From the human T2T-CHM13v2.0 reference genome, Homo sapiens, in assembly GCF_009914755.1 (NCBI RefSeq), contig NC_060927.1: 64,000 nucleotides of DNA. One strand, 5' to 3'. Position 1 is the stretch's first letter. Each line of letters begins with the position of its first letter. Below the pieces are notes generated by a model. That model did not search any database and was not told the origin of the DNA. It saw nothing but the letters and a program-made list of their open reading frames with translations. The position numbers and the translations under genes were made by a program. This document shows positions 12,403-27,348 of this stretch, piece by piece.

Positions 12403-15227
12403 AGGGAGAAAGTAGATATTTATACAGCCAGCCATATCCACTGCTTAAATCCTGGGATCAGTGGGTAACACATAATGCCACTGAATCACTATCTGGTTCA
12501 TAAAAACAAGTGAAATGCCAGGTAAAAGCCCTTGAGGCTACAAAGGAATGACAGGCAGGCAGACATACAAAAGAGCCTCTGGTTTATGCAAGAAAAGCCC
12601 TATCTCAGAAACACAGAGGGCTCTTGATCTTTGCCCTTTGGCTGCATTGTTTCTGCTTTCTCTCTATGGAGAGAACAGATTGGATTAGATCTTCAGTGTA
12701 TTGGCTCTGGGGTGTTACAGACCCATCTAAGATTACACATTAAAGCTCTCCAGGTGGCAGAAATCAGCCCTGAATTTGCAACTGAACTCTAAGCACAGTG
12801 ACAAGGAAAGATACATTTTTTTAATCTATGGCTCTTGCTCAAAAGAGAAGTTAGCTTTATAGTTACTGCCCCAGTGTGGCCAATGATGACAAGACTATTG
12901 GGAGCTCCAAGGAGGATAGAATCAAGTGGGACCAATTATGGTTAGGGGCTTACTTCATGCCATATCAAGCCACCAGCCTTCACAGCAGAGAGTATTAGCA
13001 TTTGTTGACTGTATATCACTTGCCAAACACAGTTCTATAATCCCATTTATTCTCCTGACAGCCTCAACAAGCATCATCACCCATATTTTTCAGGTGGGAA
13101 AAGTTAAGTTTGGAGAGGAAAAGTCCTCTGTGCAAGGTCAAGAGCCAGGGAGTGACTCAATCCTCAGACACCAGAAACAATGCATATTTCACCACATCCT
13201 GATTTCTCCTTTTCTGGCTTCCTTTCCATGTAATGCACAAACGTAAGAAACAGAATATTGGGAATTTTTGAGGTCGGCAAACTTAAAATCACATAATTTC
13301 TAAATATGCATCTAAACAGTTATCAAATTAATTTTTTATTTAAGCAGTTATCAAATTAATTTATGTAAACAGCTATCTAAATATGTTCCTTCAATAATTC
13401 ATGTGATATGTGCAGAGTAGGCATCTAAAAATATTTTAAGGAACAAACGAATGTACTACATGTTCTTTGATATTTTTTTCATATGTTGACAAAGTTTCTA
13501 TTTTTTTTTCCAACTTACAACCGGTAAAAATTTCACTCTCATAATGTCTTTGCTGCTTTGCTTTTTCATCTCCAGTGTATCATTCCACTTCACTCTCCCT
13601 CCCCTCTTCCCAGCTACGACAACGAAACACCATATCTCGAAAATCTTCCCCAGTAGCTGCAGTCCTCGGGAACCTATCTCCTCCTACGTCATCTTGCAGT
13701 ATCCCCTTTTTCCATGGCAGCCTTCTTCCTGAGGGAGACCACTCTGCTGATCTTCCCTGACAAAAAAAACCCAACATTTTGTAAAACTTTACAATTCACA
13801 AAGCAATTTCTTCCAAGATAAAGTCATTTGATTTTCACAATAACCCAGAGAGGAAGGCAAAACAAGTATCATTAACTCCTGTTTCAAATGAGAAAATCGA
13901 GACTCAGAGGGGCTATGTGATTTGCTCAGGATCATGCAGCTGCAAGATGAATAAAGACTCAAAGCATGGTTTTCTCTCTCCATGCCCCAAGCTCTTTACA
14001 CTGAATGATTTTGCATGTTCTCTCCTGTTGACTTCTGAGGCAGCTTGCCAAGTGACCCCAGCTCATGCACTCCCTGGTTCCAGGTCTGCCACCCTCAGCT
14101 ACCAACATCCACAGCAGTGAGTAACAGTTGGGCTCTCAATGGGAAGCCATCTCAACCTGCCTCTACTAAGCAACAAGATTGTCATAGAGACAGGTGAACA
14201 AATAAGCAGAAGCCGATCATCAGAGAAAAGCCTGTTGCAATAGAGGCTGCATATGCAGGGACTGAGGATCTTCCCCAGATACTCACAATTCCCTCAAAAG
14301 ATCAGAAAAAACTCTGGCCCTTAAACACTTTGGAATCAGACATAGGAATGTTTGAGTCCAGCTCTGCTGCCTCTATAACCATGGATAAGTTTTAACACCC
14401 CTGAACTCCAAAATAGTGAAGAGAATATTAACAGAATATTTGTGAGCATCAGCTGAGATGGGCAAATAAAGTGCTTAGGATAAGACCTCAATAATGGAAG
14501 CTATCATCAATATTTGTAATTTATATGATATATGGTTGTAATAATAATACAACATGATAAATATAAGAAAATTGTGTACCCCAAACAAAACATGGATAGA
14601 ACAAGGAAACAAAAAAGCTACCAAAGGAAGCTCTGCAAATAACTACTGCTTTTGGTATCACTACACAAATATCCAGTATTAATCCTATTTCATCTGTGTG
14701 TAGTTTTTCATAAATAATGAGATGGGTGTTTAACCCAGGATCATTCTTTGTACATGAAAGGAGCTGACTAAAATGCACATGTAGCATAAAGCACAGGTTG
14801 ATATCCTTCAATCTAACTGTGATGGCAAACTGCATTTGGGAATATTTTGGATTTGTTCTCAACAAAGTCACTCCAGCAAATTCTTGGTATATGGAAGTTG
14901 CTAAAGCACCATTCAGAAGTAAGAATACAGAGTATCACTCATGTGGCTTCAAAGGGTACAGAGCTATGTGATCCTAGGGAGAGATAAATTTGGTGCTCCA
15001 AACTATCAAAGTACCCAGACCTGAATTGTTCTGGGGAAGCCTAAGTTTTATTGAAATCTTGACCCTTTGAAGGGCCCTAACATTTCTCATCTGGAAGCCA
15101 AAATTCCCAAAGTTGAGGTGTTTTAACATTAAGAAGTAGAGTACTTAGAAACACTACGTGAGAAAAACAAATTTTGTGCCCGCATTGAGTTTACTGTACA
15201 TATTTTAGAGAAACTTGACTTTGATAG

Positions 15228-15824
15228 CGTGTTGGTTAATTTTATGTGTCAACTTGCCTGGACTAAGGGATGCCCAGATAGCTGATGCAACATTATTTCT
15301 GAGTGTGTCTATGAGAGTGTTTTCAGAAGAGATTATTAGCATTTGAATCAGTAGACAGAGTAGAGAAGATCCTCCCTCACTAACACTAATATGAGCACAC
15401 ATCATCTAATCTGTTTAGGGCCCAACAAGAACAAAAAGGCAGAGGTAGGGTGACTTTTCTCTCTCTCTCTCTCTGTGAGGTGGGACACTCATCTTTTCCT
15501 GCCTTCTGACATCAGAACTTCTGGTTCTTAGGCCTTGGGACTTCAGGACACCATTGGTTCTTATGGCTCTCAGGCCTTCAGACAGACTAAATTATACCAC
15601 TGGCTTTCCTGGTTCTCCAGCTTGCTGAGGGTGGGATTTCTCACCACCATAATCATGTAGCCAACCCTTATAATCACTTCTCTTCTCTTCTCTTCTCTTT
15701 TCTCTCTCTCTATCTCTCTCCCTCCCTCCCTCCCTGCCTGCCTCTGTTTAGGTATGTGCATGTATGTGTGCAGTGTGTGTGTGTGTGTATACATATTCTG
15801 TTCTGGAGAACACTGACTAATACA
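15228..15824 (+). mobile_element. MLT2B (HERV-L) solo LTR with 5-bp TSD GATAG
   Basis: Starts (C)GTGTTGGTTAATTTTATGTGTCAACTTG, ends CTGACTAATACA; GATAG at 15223-15227 and 15825-15829; internal CT/GT microsatellite. Confidence 0.9.
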
Positions 15825-16003
15825 GATAGCTAAGAAAATAACTCTATTGGAAAATTAGAAAATGTGCTACTTTGAGGAACTAAATTATCCTTGCAAAACT
15901 GTTCATTATCTTAATTAAAATAATAGACATAATTTCTATTTTTAGAAATAAGGATTCTCTAGACTTGGACAAAAAATGGAAAATTCATTTATTCATTCCA
16001 TAT

Positions 16004-16010
<7 letters not shown>

Positions 16011-16057
<47 letters not shown>

Positions 16058-16076
16058 GAGAGAGAGAGAGAGAGAG
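16011..16076. repeat. Compound (AT)~21 + (AG)n microsatellite inside an L2 3'-end fragment
   Basis: Direct reading; flanks TTCATTTATTCATTC and CCAGACATTGTGCTAAG are L2-tail-like. Confidence 0.9.
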
Positions 16077-16214
16077 CCTTCTCTCTTCCAGACATTGTGC
16101 TAAGTTTTAGGAACAAATAAGAAATAATTTCTAATTCATACCCTCAACAAGCTTATGATCTGAATATGGAAATGGGCATGCATCAGAGTATGGTAAATGC
16201 TAGCCAAAACTGAG

Positions 16215-16780
16215 AGAGTTTTGTCTTCCAAAGATGGCTCTAATAATATTTCCAATCCCACATTCTCTTCTTGAACCTGCAATTCCCTATCAAGAGGTAG
16301 AATCTAACTCCTCTGCCCTTAAATCTGGACAGGCCAGTGACTCAATGATAGGTAAGAGAATGCAGCAGAAGTGACACTGTGACTTCCAAGGCTGAATTTT
16401 ACAGGCAAGTAGCTTCTGCCTTGTCTTCTGGAGTACTCAGTCTTGAAGTCTTCAGCTGCCACATAAGCAGTTGGACTGTGCTGAGGTTGCTATGCCACAA
16501 GGAAACCCAAACTAGGCCATGCAGAGAAACCACATGGAGAAGCTCTGAGACTGCACTAAAGAGGGAGATACTTGGCCAGCTGACAGATGCTCCAATATGC
16601 CCTCTTCCCCTGCTGCTCCAGCTGCAGCCACCATTTAACTGCAGTCCATGAGGGCTCCATGCTAGCAACTCAGCTAGGGCCTTCCTGAATTCCTGACCCA
16701 CAGAAGTCCCAAGATTCAAGAAGGTTGCTGTTGCACTAAGTTTTGTGGTGATTTGCTATGGAGCAATTGTAACTGGAATG
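16215..16780 (+). mobile_element. MLT1G-like MaLR solo LTR
   Basis: CCAAAGATGGC...GCAGAAGTGACACTGTGACTTCCAAGGCT...GAATTCCTGACCCACAGAA. Confidence 0.75.
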
Positions 16781-17946
16781 AGGCCCTTAGAGGTAGAACC
16801 CTATTTGCTGTGTCCACTAGTTTTTAATCTGGTGAACAGAGTGTCCACCGCATAGTGTGTATTCCACAAACATTTGTTTAATTTTGTTGGATAAAGGTAA
16901 GAGTTCGGGACATTGGTAGCATAAAGGAAGAATGACTAATGAGACCAATGAATAGGAAATGCTTCACAGATGTGGTGACGAATCAGCTGCATCTCGATGG
17001 ATGAATCAATATTTCTCAATGAAACAAAGAATGGGAATGGAATGTCAGGTAGAAGGGACAGCAAATGCAAGTCACACACGTCATGGAACAGCTTGGGAAG
17101 CATAAGCAACTTACTTGGGCTAAAACAGGGCATGTAAATGATGGGGAATGCTCCTGGAGAAGTAGGTGCCGCTGGAGCAGGAGAGGCCTTGTGGGCTATG
17201 CTGATCACAGAGCTGTTACACCCGCCCCCACTCCCAGAAAGAAGGCCTCATCAGGCCAGCCAGGCCTCCCCTCCACATCTTCTACTGTTTCGATGCCTCT
17301 ATTGGGCATGCAGGCCTCTTCTCTTGATCTGTGTCACTGAAGGGTTGAGAACTCTGAAGTGACTCAGTTCTAGACATACTTTGCAGAACATAATCTACTC
17401 CTCATCTAGATAAGTGCAGGGTTTTTCTACAAATGGGACACAGATCCCTTCAAATCTTGAAACTCCAAGACTCTCTGGGGTTTCCAGGAAAACCTCCAAT
17501 CTCCCAGAGACACAGACAGGGGAAGAAGATTCAGGGATACATTGGCATGTATACTCTTTGCTTTCTCCAAGATGCTCCATATTTTTTTTCTTTAAGTCCA
17601 ACTATTCCTTATTTAGTCTGGCAAAGGACAGCCTGGATCTCCAGCTGGTCTTTCAAATATGCTGTTTGTGTACCTGGGCCCTAGACTTTTGAATCTGAAA
17701 ACCACAAAATAACATCCTTGTTATCTGTGTTCTGCAATGACATCTTTGAGACAGTGCCTCTATCTGGATAGCAAACATCCCATTCTCCCTCTCATGCTGC
17801 TTGTCTAGCATGGAGGTGGTCTGCTCATCCAGTCCCTCAGGATCGAAGGCAGACACTAACTCCATCTCAACACATGCTTCCACAGTCACCCACAAGGGTG
17901 AAGAGAAGGTATTGAACTGTCCCCTAGCTTTTAAGACTTCTGCCCA

Positions 17947-17947
<1 letters not shown>

Positions 17948-17997
<50 letters not shown>
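17948..17997. repeat. (AC)25 microsatellite
   Basis: Direct reading. Confidence 0.95.
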
Positions 17998-17998
<1 letters not shown>

Positions 17999-18066
17999 AC
18001 AACTGAGGCTAAAGAGAAAAGCCTGCTGCAGAGGCTATATCCAGGAGGATAATCTGCCTTGGCCAC

Positions 18067-18446
18067 TGTTGTCATCTGCTCTGGCTGCCATAACAAAATG
18101 CCACAACATAAATTTCTGTTAAAGAAACAGAAATTTATTTTCTCACAGTTCTGGAGGCCAGAAGTCCAAGGTCAAGATGCCTGCATGGTCAGCTTCCAGT
18201 GAGGGCTGTCTTCTTGCAGATGGCTGCCTTCTCACTGTGTGCTCACATGACCTCTTCTTGTAAACAAGGAGAAAAATAGTGCTTTCTGAAATCTCTTCTT
18301 AAAAAGGCACGAATCCTATCAAATCAGGGCCCTATCCTTATGACCTAAATTAACCTTATTATGTCCTTACAACAGATACAGCCACACCGGAGCTTAGGGC
18401 TTCAATATGTGAATGTTTGGAGCACATATGCATTCAGTCCATAACA
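18067..18446 (-). mobile_element. MLT1A solo LTR
   Basis: TG...CA termini; GGCTGCCATAACAAAATGCCAC and CATTCAGTCCATAACA; degenerate TSD GCCAC/GCTAC. Confidence 0.85.
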
Positions 18447-19899
18447 GCTACCATTTTTGAGAAGGGTAAATATGAAGCCCATATTATGTCTATCCCTGTA
18501 AGAAGGGATTCTTCTATAATTAAATGCAAACTATGAAAATGCCTCAGGCATAAAAACACTTTATATTTTTTAGATATTATAGAATAGTTCCCTTTTCTGT
18601 GCTGATTTAGAAAATAAAATTTACCACCTGGTAAATTATTTTTTAGAAAAAAGCTTTCATCTTGGTAATTAATCAACAAAATCTGAACTAAGAAAAAAGT
18701 TTGCTTCTCCTTTGTTCTCCACCATAAGCTAGAGTTTTCTTTTCATTCAATTCAAGATATAAGATATCCCTTGATGTCACAGTGTTTTGTTATGAGTTTG
18801 TTTTCCTATCTGAAATGCAAACCCCAACTTTTGAATAGTCATGGTTTAGATTACAGTGTAACAAAAACAGACCATAGTCAGAGATTGTGATAGTTTGTAA
18901 ACTGATGTAATAAAACTGAAAATGAATTTTCCGCAAGATTCTTTGTTCTTATCTTTGGCCCATTGTTCTCTCAAACAATAGTTTTTGACATGGCTATTAC
19001 ATTTTGATATCTCTCTCCCTAACAGAAGTTTACGACAAACCTAAATCAAACAAAAGTGCTTCTGTTTCTAAACCTACACATGCTGTGGGGTATAGTTTGT
19101 ATTTTAACAAATTCTTGTCAATATATTCAACCAAGAAAAGAGAAACAGTGACAAGGAAGGAAGGAAAAGAAGAAGGGATGAAAGAAGGAAGGAAGGGAGA
19201 AGGAAATAAGAGGGGCAGGAAGGGGACCATGGCTCTAATGGTCCAAACACTGACATTATATTTCCCTGGTCTCAAGCATCTCAACTTGAACATAGGCTGT
19301 CATAGCTGGTGTTTAGCAGTGTCTGGACACTTGTACAAACTAACAGGGCTAACTCAAGAGAGGCAATTTAAGTGAAGTGTTTTGCATAAAACCTTCTACC
19401 TGATCTGAAGGTGGCAACAGCAGGTTCAATCACAAGCAGCTGGGTGAAGAGATGTGGAGATAAAGACAACAACAGTTCTTTTCCAACCTGGCCTTAGGGA
19501 CTCATTGGACAAAAAGCTTTTTTCCTGTCCCTGAATTCCTGCTCATCCATAATATAATATCTTCTACTCTCCCAGAGGTATTTTTCTCTTATTTCCTTCC
19601 CACAGAGGAGAGGTGACTATTCTGGTGGTGAGACAAGGGAAAGTGTCATTGCAGCTGCATGTGCCTCTCTCTGTGTCTGTTCACCTGTCCTTTCTTCATT
19701 CAGTGAGCCCTGTGGGAAGGACCCCCCCTTGCAGAGAAAAGCCTAAATATGCCCAAGGGTTCTGTCTTTGACTGGATGTATACATTCAATTCAGAGGAGA
19801 CAGTACAGAAGCCCATCTGGTCCCTTGTCTGTATCTCACACTCTGAAATCTAGCTTTTTATCAATAACACTGATACTCTTGACTTTTGTGTGAAAATAC

Positions 19900-20620
19900 T
19901 AATAGCCAATCCTTAGATAATGTTTATTATGTGCCGGACTTGATTCCAAATGGTTTACATGTATTAATTCATTTAATCATCTAAAATCCTATGAGGTACA
20001 TAGTAAGACAGGATAATAGGCTCACAGAGATGTCCACATCCTAATTCTCAGAACCAGTGAATGTATTACATAGCGTGGCAAGAGGGGAATTAAGAAATTA
20101 AGATTGCTAATCAGCTGACCTTAAGATAAGGAGATTATATCAGAATATTCATGTGTGCCCAGTGTACTCACAGAGGTCATTAAAAATGGAAAAGAAAGGC
20201 AGAAGAGTTAGTTGCAGAGTAAAGAAACATGAGAAACACTTGTGACTGATCATTGCTGGCTTTGAAGATGGAGGAAGGGACCTATGAGCCCAGGAATACA
20301 GGGGACTTCTGGAAGCCGGAAAAGGCAAGAAAACAGATTCTCCCCTAGAACATCTAGAAAGGAAACATAGCTCTGCAAACACCTTGATTTTATCCCAGTA
20401 AGGCTCACTTCAGACTTTTGATCTCCAGAATTGTAAGATAATCAATTTGTGGTATTTTTAGCCACTGAGTCTGAGGGAATTTGTTACTGCAGCAATAGGA
20501 AACTTATATTGTTATTATCTCCACTTAGTGGTTGAGAAAATTGAGGCAGGAAATGTTACATAACTTGTCCAAGGTCATACCCAGGCCAACTGCTGCCAGA
20601 GCCGAACCTCTGGATCACTG
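19900..20620 (-). mobile_element. MIR split by the MLT1D insertion (pieces ~19900-19998 and ~20508-20620)
   Basis: TTAATTCATTTAATC...CCTATGAGGTA on the left continues as TTATCTCCAC...GAAAATTGAGGC...ACTTGTCCAAGGTCA on the right. Confidence 0.65.
19999..20507 (+). mobile_element. MLT1D solo LTR
   Basis: GATGTCCACATCCTAAT, TTGCTAATCAGCTGACCTTAA, GCTGGCTTTGAAGATGGAGGAAGGG, GCAGCAATAGGAAACT. Confidence 0.85.
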
Positions 20621-21360
20621 TGCGAACTACTTCTTTTGTGCTTTCCTAAATTGGATTAGAAATAGGTAGAATAGGAGGAATGCAATTAATGACTGCTTTT
20701 ACAAATCTCAACAGGGGAGAGAAGATAATGACCAACATTGTTGAGTATTTCCAATGCTGCACATTTGGCATGCATTCTCTCATTTGATCCTCAGAGAAAC
20801 CCCTGGTAATAGACATGTTTAATACATGTAACAGATGAGAAAACTGAGGTTTGCAGAGGTGAAGCAACTTGTTCAATTGGTGGGATTAGTAAGTGGTGAT
20901 GGTAGGAGCTGCACACAGCAGTCTCACAGGCAAGTCATACCTGTTCATATATTGCTAAACTTAAACAGCTCACTTTCATAAGCCATCCATGACACACAGA
21001 CATATATAGTACTGCTTCAGGGCCCTAATGACAAAATTATCACACGGACTGGGGAAAGGCTCATTTTCAGCTCTTCTATGTGGACATAGCCCTGACCTAA
21101 GCTCATGTACTTAGGGCAACACCAGTTCCCGTTGGGCAAGATGCTATGGATGTCTGGAAGACATGAGTGAAGCTGCTCTGACGTGGTTTGTGATTACACA
21201 TTCAGTCCCTGGAGGTTTTCATAAATATCTGGGGCAGGGAGCTGAGCCTTTGGGGAAAAAGCAGGTGCAACAATGAACAAAATATGAGATATTAATTGTT
21301 CTGTGACCCTGTCTGTATCCATAAGCCGGTAAGTTTGGGAAAAGGCAGACAAACTTTAAT

Positions 21361-21772
21361 CAGTGAATAAATGAGCTGTTGCCATGCTATTCACAACCAC
21401 AAAATCTTAGCAACATATGATAAGTACCTATTTCTCATTCATACACCTGGAGTTTGGCCAATCCAGGCTGGACCAGGCAGAATTTGGCCTCAGGGTATGA
21501 GTCAGGTCCCAGTCTGCTCCATATATCTCATTATTCTAGGACCAGCAGGATACCCAGGGGGTATCTTTTTCATGGTGATGGCAGAAATGCAACAGGGACA
21601 AAGGGAACATATGATGCCTCTTAAAGACTAGGCTTGGAATTTGCACATGGCAACTCAAATCAAGTCATCCTAGCCAAGCCCAATACCACTGGGACAGTGA
21701 AGTATATATATCCTTCTCATGGAAGTGGCAGAAGTGGGAAATATTTGCTGACCAATAATGGAATCTGTCACA
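21361..21772 (-). mobile_element. MLT1I-like MaLR LTR
   Basis: CATGGTGATGGCAGAAATGCAA...GCCAAGCCCAA...AATATTTGCTGA...AATCTGTCACA. Confidence 0.65.
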
Positions 21773-23582
21773 ATCATTGCAAATCAAAGCCCATGAGGAG
21801 AAACAGATACCTTTAAACTGATGTCTGCAAGTGTCCTCACTTACAGACACATAGGCTCTGACTTCTCTTCCATACAAACTGGTCATCTATGCTCTTGGAG
21901 ATATGCAATATGGCATTCCTCATCTTCAACTTCCAACATGTGCAGCTGTCTGCTGGGCCTCTTGAACATCTGTACTCCTATAATGTACTGTCCTTAAATG
22001 AGATCTAAGTTTACAGTTGGTATGGAGTCCACTCACAACAATGAAAAGCTCTCACATGGAAATTGTGCTTGTACAACATTCAATGGGCTCCCATCATGCC
22101 GATGTCCTCCTGCTACATGGACTGTCAGGTGCAGCCTTTTTGAGAGTCTCGTTATGTGCGTAATGTCTGGCTCAGTGCAACTATATCACTTTGGAAAGAA
22201 CTTTTGAAGTACGCTGAACTCAAAAGGCAAGAAGGGACATTTGCCTTCAATTGCCTTCTCTCTCAACCAGTGACTAGATGAAATAACAGAAAAATAGATG
22301 AGGCCCTTAACTGTATAGTTCTCTTAATAAGTTAAGAGCACAGCTTACAAATGTTGACAAAGGTAGGGAGATAATCATTTCTTTGAGAGAAGAAAAAAAA
22401 GCAGATGACCATCTCGCAAAGCATGAATGTATTGTCTATATTTAGAAAAAATATCAGAAAAAATGATAAATTTTCTAGCTTTTTACAAGACATTAAAAGG
22501 AATCCAGGCTTTCCTTTCCTGACTCCCAGGAACATCATCTGAGGAAAGAACTGGAATCCCGTAAGCTAGTAGAAAACATGGCTTTTGCGGTTTTATATTG
22601 CTCCCATTTTTTTTTTCTTTATGTACTTTGTATTTCCTTCAAAATTACAAAGAAATAAAAGTAATGGTAGGTTTTGCCCTGGGATTTTGTTGGACTGAAG
22701 AAAGATGTTTCTAATTCTCTGCTAAGTATTTCTACTACTGACTATGCTCTGCATTCATTGAGTTTCTGCTCAGGAGGGTATAACAGAAAAGAGAACATGT
22801 TTTGGAGTCAGATCCTTGGACAAGTCATTAGCCTCAGTTTCCTTTTCTATAGAATCACGATGTTGATGCCTAATTTAATTCAAGGCCTTATTTTGAATAT
22901 CACCAGGTAAACTCCAAAAAGGTAACATCAACTTGGAAAAATTTTAATCTTGAATTATCATGAAATTTTGATCTCTTCTTTATGCCTACTCTACATTAAT
23001 TAGAGAGAGCACGTATCTCCCCCATTTCCTCCTTGTATCCATGGCAGCATTGTGGCTAATCCATAAATCCTCTGTATTACCATCTTTAGCCAATTCCCAA
23101 GCAACCATCTTTCAGGTAGGCTGACCTCGACAATGCAGGGTATACCTTACATTTTGACCCCATCATATCTGCACGTGGTTTCCATAATCACAGATAAAGG
23201 GGTAGAGAGCTGAGGGATGAGGAGGAGGAGGTCACACACTATTAAATTTTTCATTAAAGACATGACACACATCACTTCTACTTGTGGTTCATTCATTAGA
23301 ACTAATCATATGACCCAGATTTTCTGCAATGGGACTGGGAATGTGAACATTTATCTAGCAGTAACTACGTCTGTCATAGAGGGTTTTAAGAGAACCACAT
23401 CCAAATCTTTGATCACCCTGATGTCATGTGGCTGTAGGTAGGGTGAAATGAATGTTTCTCTGGGTAGGTTGAATATACAGGCACATTCGAACTCCTTCCC
23501 ATCTCTATAATGTGATTATTTTATGAGCTCAATGACAATGAGACTAATATTTAGAGTTCAAGAAAAAAAATCTTAATTATTA

Positions 23583-23924
<342 letters not shown>

Positions 23925-24094
23925 TAAAGTACAGTACACAGGGCTGAGGTTAAGGGAAGAATTCTGGAAATCTGATGCCTGTAAAACAAGTCAATAGGAT
24001 GTAAAGAAGAAAAGAAATTTCAAATAATGTAGAATATATGGACAGAGCTTGTTTTGAACAAATATTTCAAGCAGGCCTCTCTGAGCACCATTGT

Positions 24095-25270
24095 AGGCCA
24101 GCACAACCCTTTTGGAAAGCAATTTAGCAAAGTATCAAGAGCATTCCAAATGTCCCTGTACTTTGAACTTGGAATTTCACCCTTGAGAGCTTATCTTTAA
24201 AGAAATAGAAAACAACTCTTTTAAAGACAGGGTCTCTCTCTGTCACCTAGGCTGGAGTGCAGTGGTGTGATCATGGCCCACTGCAAACTTAAACTCCTGG
24301 GCTCAAGCAATAGCTGGGACTACAGATGGTCTCTAAGACTTCATGTTAAAGAAACATTTCCTAAAACACTCTAAGTAAAAGTTCATCACAACTTTATAAT
24401 ATAAAACAAATGGAAACTAGAAAGTTTATGCATTAATCTTTAGGTAAATCATGCTATATACACCTAGTGGACTCTTTATTTATGAAGAAATAATCATATA
24501 AATACCAATTTAGCATCATTTTACCAAACAACAGTCCTATACTCTGAAAAAATGTTAATTCATACAAACCAAAAGACAACTGTGGAGCCCTTTAAGATTA
24601 AAGGAGACCAAGGAGACGTGCCAACTAAATTCAATGTGCTACACTTGATAGAATCTTGTTGGGGAAAACATTGTTATAGAAGACATTGAAGCAAATGGCA
24701 AAATTTAAATAAAAATTTGTATGATATCCATATTAAATGCCCTAAATCTGATCACCCTTGTTATTATACAGGGAATGCCTTGTTCTTAGGAGATACCCGC
24801 CAACATGTTTAGGCATAAAGGATCATAAAGTCTTCTACTCAATCTGAAATGATTCAGAAAAAGAAAAAATATTAATAATATTGTATATATAGTAAAGATA
24901 AAGATAATGCAACTGTTGCAAAATATTAACAATTGATGAATATAGAGAAATGGATGTTTAGTGTACTATTTTTGCAATTTGTAGTTTTAAAATTTTTCAA
25001 ATTAAAAGTTTTTAAAAATATGCTCATCTGGAAAATGTTTATGACATAAGATTAAATAAAAATTCAGGGTATATAATCATGTATCCAGTGTGACCTTAGT
25101 TAAGTTAGAAATGCCTCTCTATGTAGAAAGCAAGACTAGAAGGAAAATACTGAAATATTAACAAATAACTAAGTTCGGTGGATGGATTGAACTGGGAATG
25201 CTTTTACACTTCCAGTTTTTATATATTTTCTTCACCTTTTTAATAACAATCTATCACTTTCATAATGAAA
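24095..25270 (+). mobile_element. Old L1 3' fragments (L1ME/L1MC-type), interrupted by an Alu fragment
   Basis: CTTTTGGAAAGCAATTTAGCA, TTGTTCTTAGGAGATAC and TGTACTATTTTTGCAATTT motifs. Confidence 0.6.
24218..24328 (-). mobile_element. AluJ right-arm / FRAM fragment
   Basis: AGACAGGGTCTC...GGCTGGAGTGCAGTGGTGTGATCATGG...GGGCTCAAGCAA. Confidence 0.85.
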
Positions 25271-27052
25271 AAATTAGAAAAAAAGAACTACCAAGTACAT
25301 AGTAACAAACAGAGTCATTTTTCCCCATGTTTCCAACTTTGAGCCTGAAGCCAAAATCCAGAGCATTGACAGAGGGAAATGAGTTCAAGCTGTCAGCTAT
25401 TAAAGTGTGAAAGTCTATGTTTCAGGGGTTGCCAAGTGACCTTTAATGAACACCTGTCTGAGACAGAAAAATCACAGTATTCCAAGCTTAGGACTCAATG
25501 TATAATTTAGCTTTAGTATCACAGTGGGGCTACTGGATATAGCTCCAGCTTTAAGATTTATGGCCAAGCTGAGGAATATTTTTGAATTTGGCTTATTCTT
25601 CACAGACTTAAGCTTCAAGTTCATATGGTGCCAAGTAGCGAACCTCGACTTCTAATCATAGACCAAATGGGTTAGGCCTAACTGATTCATAAGCCTGCAA
25701 ACATCTTTCAACTTTGGTAAGGTCAGCATCCTCTCAGTTCCTGGATCTTGGCCCCAGAAACTCTTTCCTACCCCTTCCTAACTAGTTTTTTCTGAGTTTA
25801 CTATCTGTTTCTATTTTCTGGCTCCTGTTCTCAAAACCCACGTCCTCCCCAGGAATCCTTCTAGAAAAGTAGTCTTGCCTCACTTTTGTCTATCTGAAAC
25901 AACTCAGCACGCCTAACACTTCTCTTCCTTCACATGGACAACCATCCTTTAAAAGCCTCCCTTCCTCCTGTTCCACTGACTCAGGGAATTGTCTCCAAGC
26001 TCCACTCACCCTTGCCTCGCACCCAAATCCATTACTCTATCTTGCTAGAACCACATGTATCTTTGGAATCTCAGCCCATTCCTTCCACCCATATAGGCTG
26101 ATGTTTCTGACCATTCTCAAGGCAGCCCTGGCTGGGTCAACAGCTTCCATTCAGACCCTAAGACCTCTGCCTTTGTAGAAAATTGGTTTCAGTTTGCCTG
26201 AACTAGAAAAGTAGCTATCAACATTGCCAAATCCTACCAGGGGACCACAGGCCTTCCCATCTCCTGCACAGAGTCCTCTCATGGGGGTTGCATTGATTCT
26301 TAGCTCTCCTCTGACAGAACACACCGTGCTGGCACTGCTTCTAAGTTCTAATTCTACTGAGCTGACAGGAATATCAACTACAGTCATCCTAGAGGTTCCC
26401 CAGTCCCCAGCGTTATGCAGAGTTATGCAATGCCGTTCTCTGCTTGCATTAGCAGTCAGGTGGGTTCCTCAGTAGGCTTAAAGCCAATTCATGTTCCCCA
26501 CTCAGAATCATCCTCACCCCACCTATGCCCTTATATAAATGACTGCCTGTGTCAATTCTTAAAGTGAAGTAAAATGCCCATGTCCATGGCTATGTGGTTT
26601 CCACTCTTCTTCACACAGAGGCAATCAAAAGTCATCAACCTCCACTCACACTCCCTCAGTTTATGTTTTTACCTATAGATCACTAGGAAAATAGAAGCAC
26701 TTAGACAGAAAGTTTCCCATCTTTATATATCCACACCTATTCCACTCTCTCATTTTCCTTCTGATTCAAGCACGAACTGTCTTTTATTCTGCTCCTTCAT
26801 TGTTGTATCACCTACATCATCAGTTTACATCCAGGGGACTTTCTCCATCAGCAAACATACTTAAGGCAAACCCTTAATTTATCTCATATCCTCCTCCAGC
26901 TACTGTCCCATTTTGTCATTTTTCATCATAATTTGTCTCCATTTTTGACACTCCATTTTTCTTCTTTAATATACCCCAATTTAAGGAAGGCCAATGCTTT
27001 TCTTAGGGCCAGCAGTAACCTCCTTATTTCCAGATACAATAGTCACTCTTTT

Positions 27053-27348
<296 letters not shown>

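Noticed and set aside
17653-18096. 147-aa ORF with a VC repeat (and an HT repeat on the other strand)
   Set aside because: Translation of the (AC)25 microsatellite plus the MLT1A edge.
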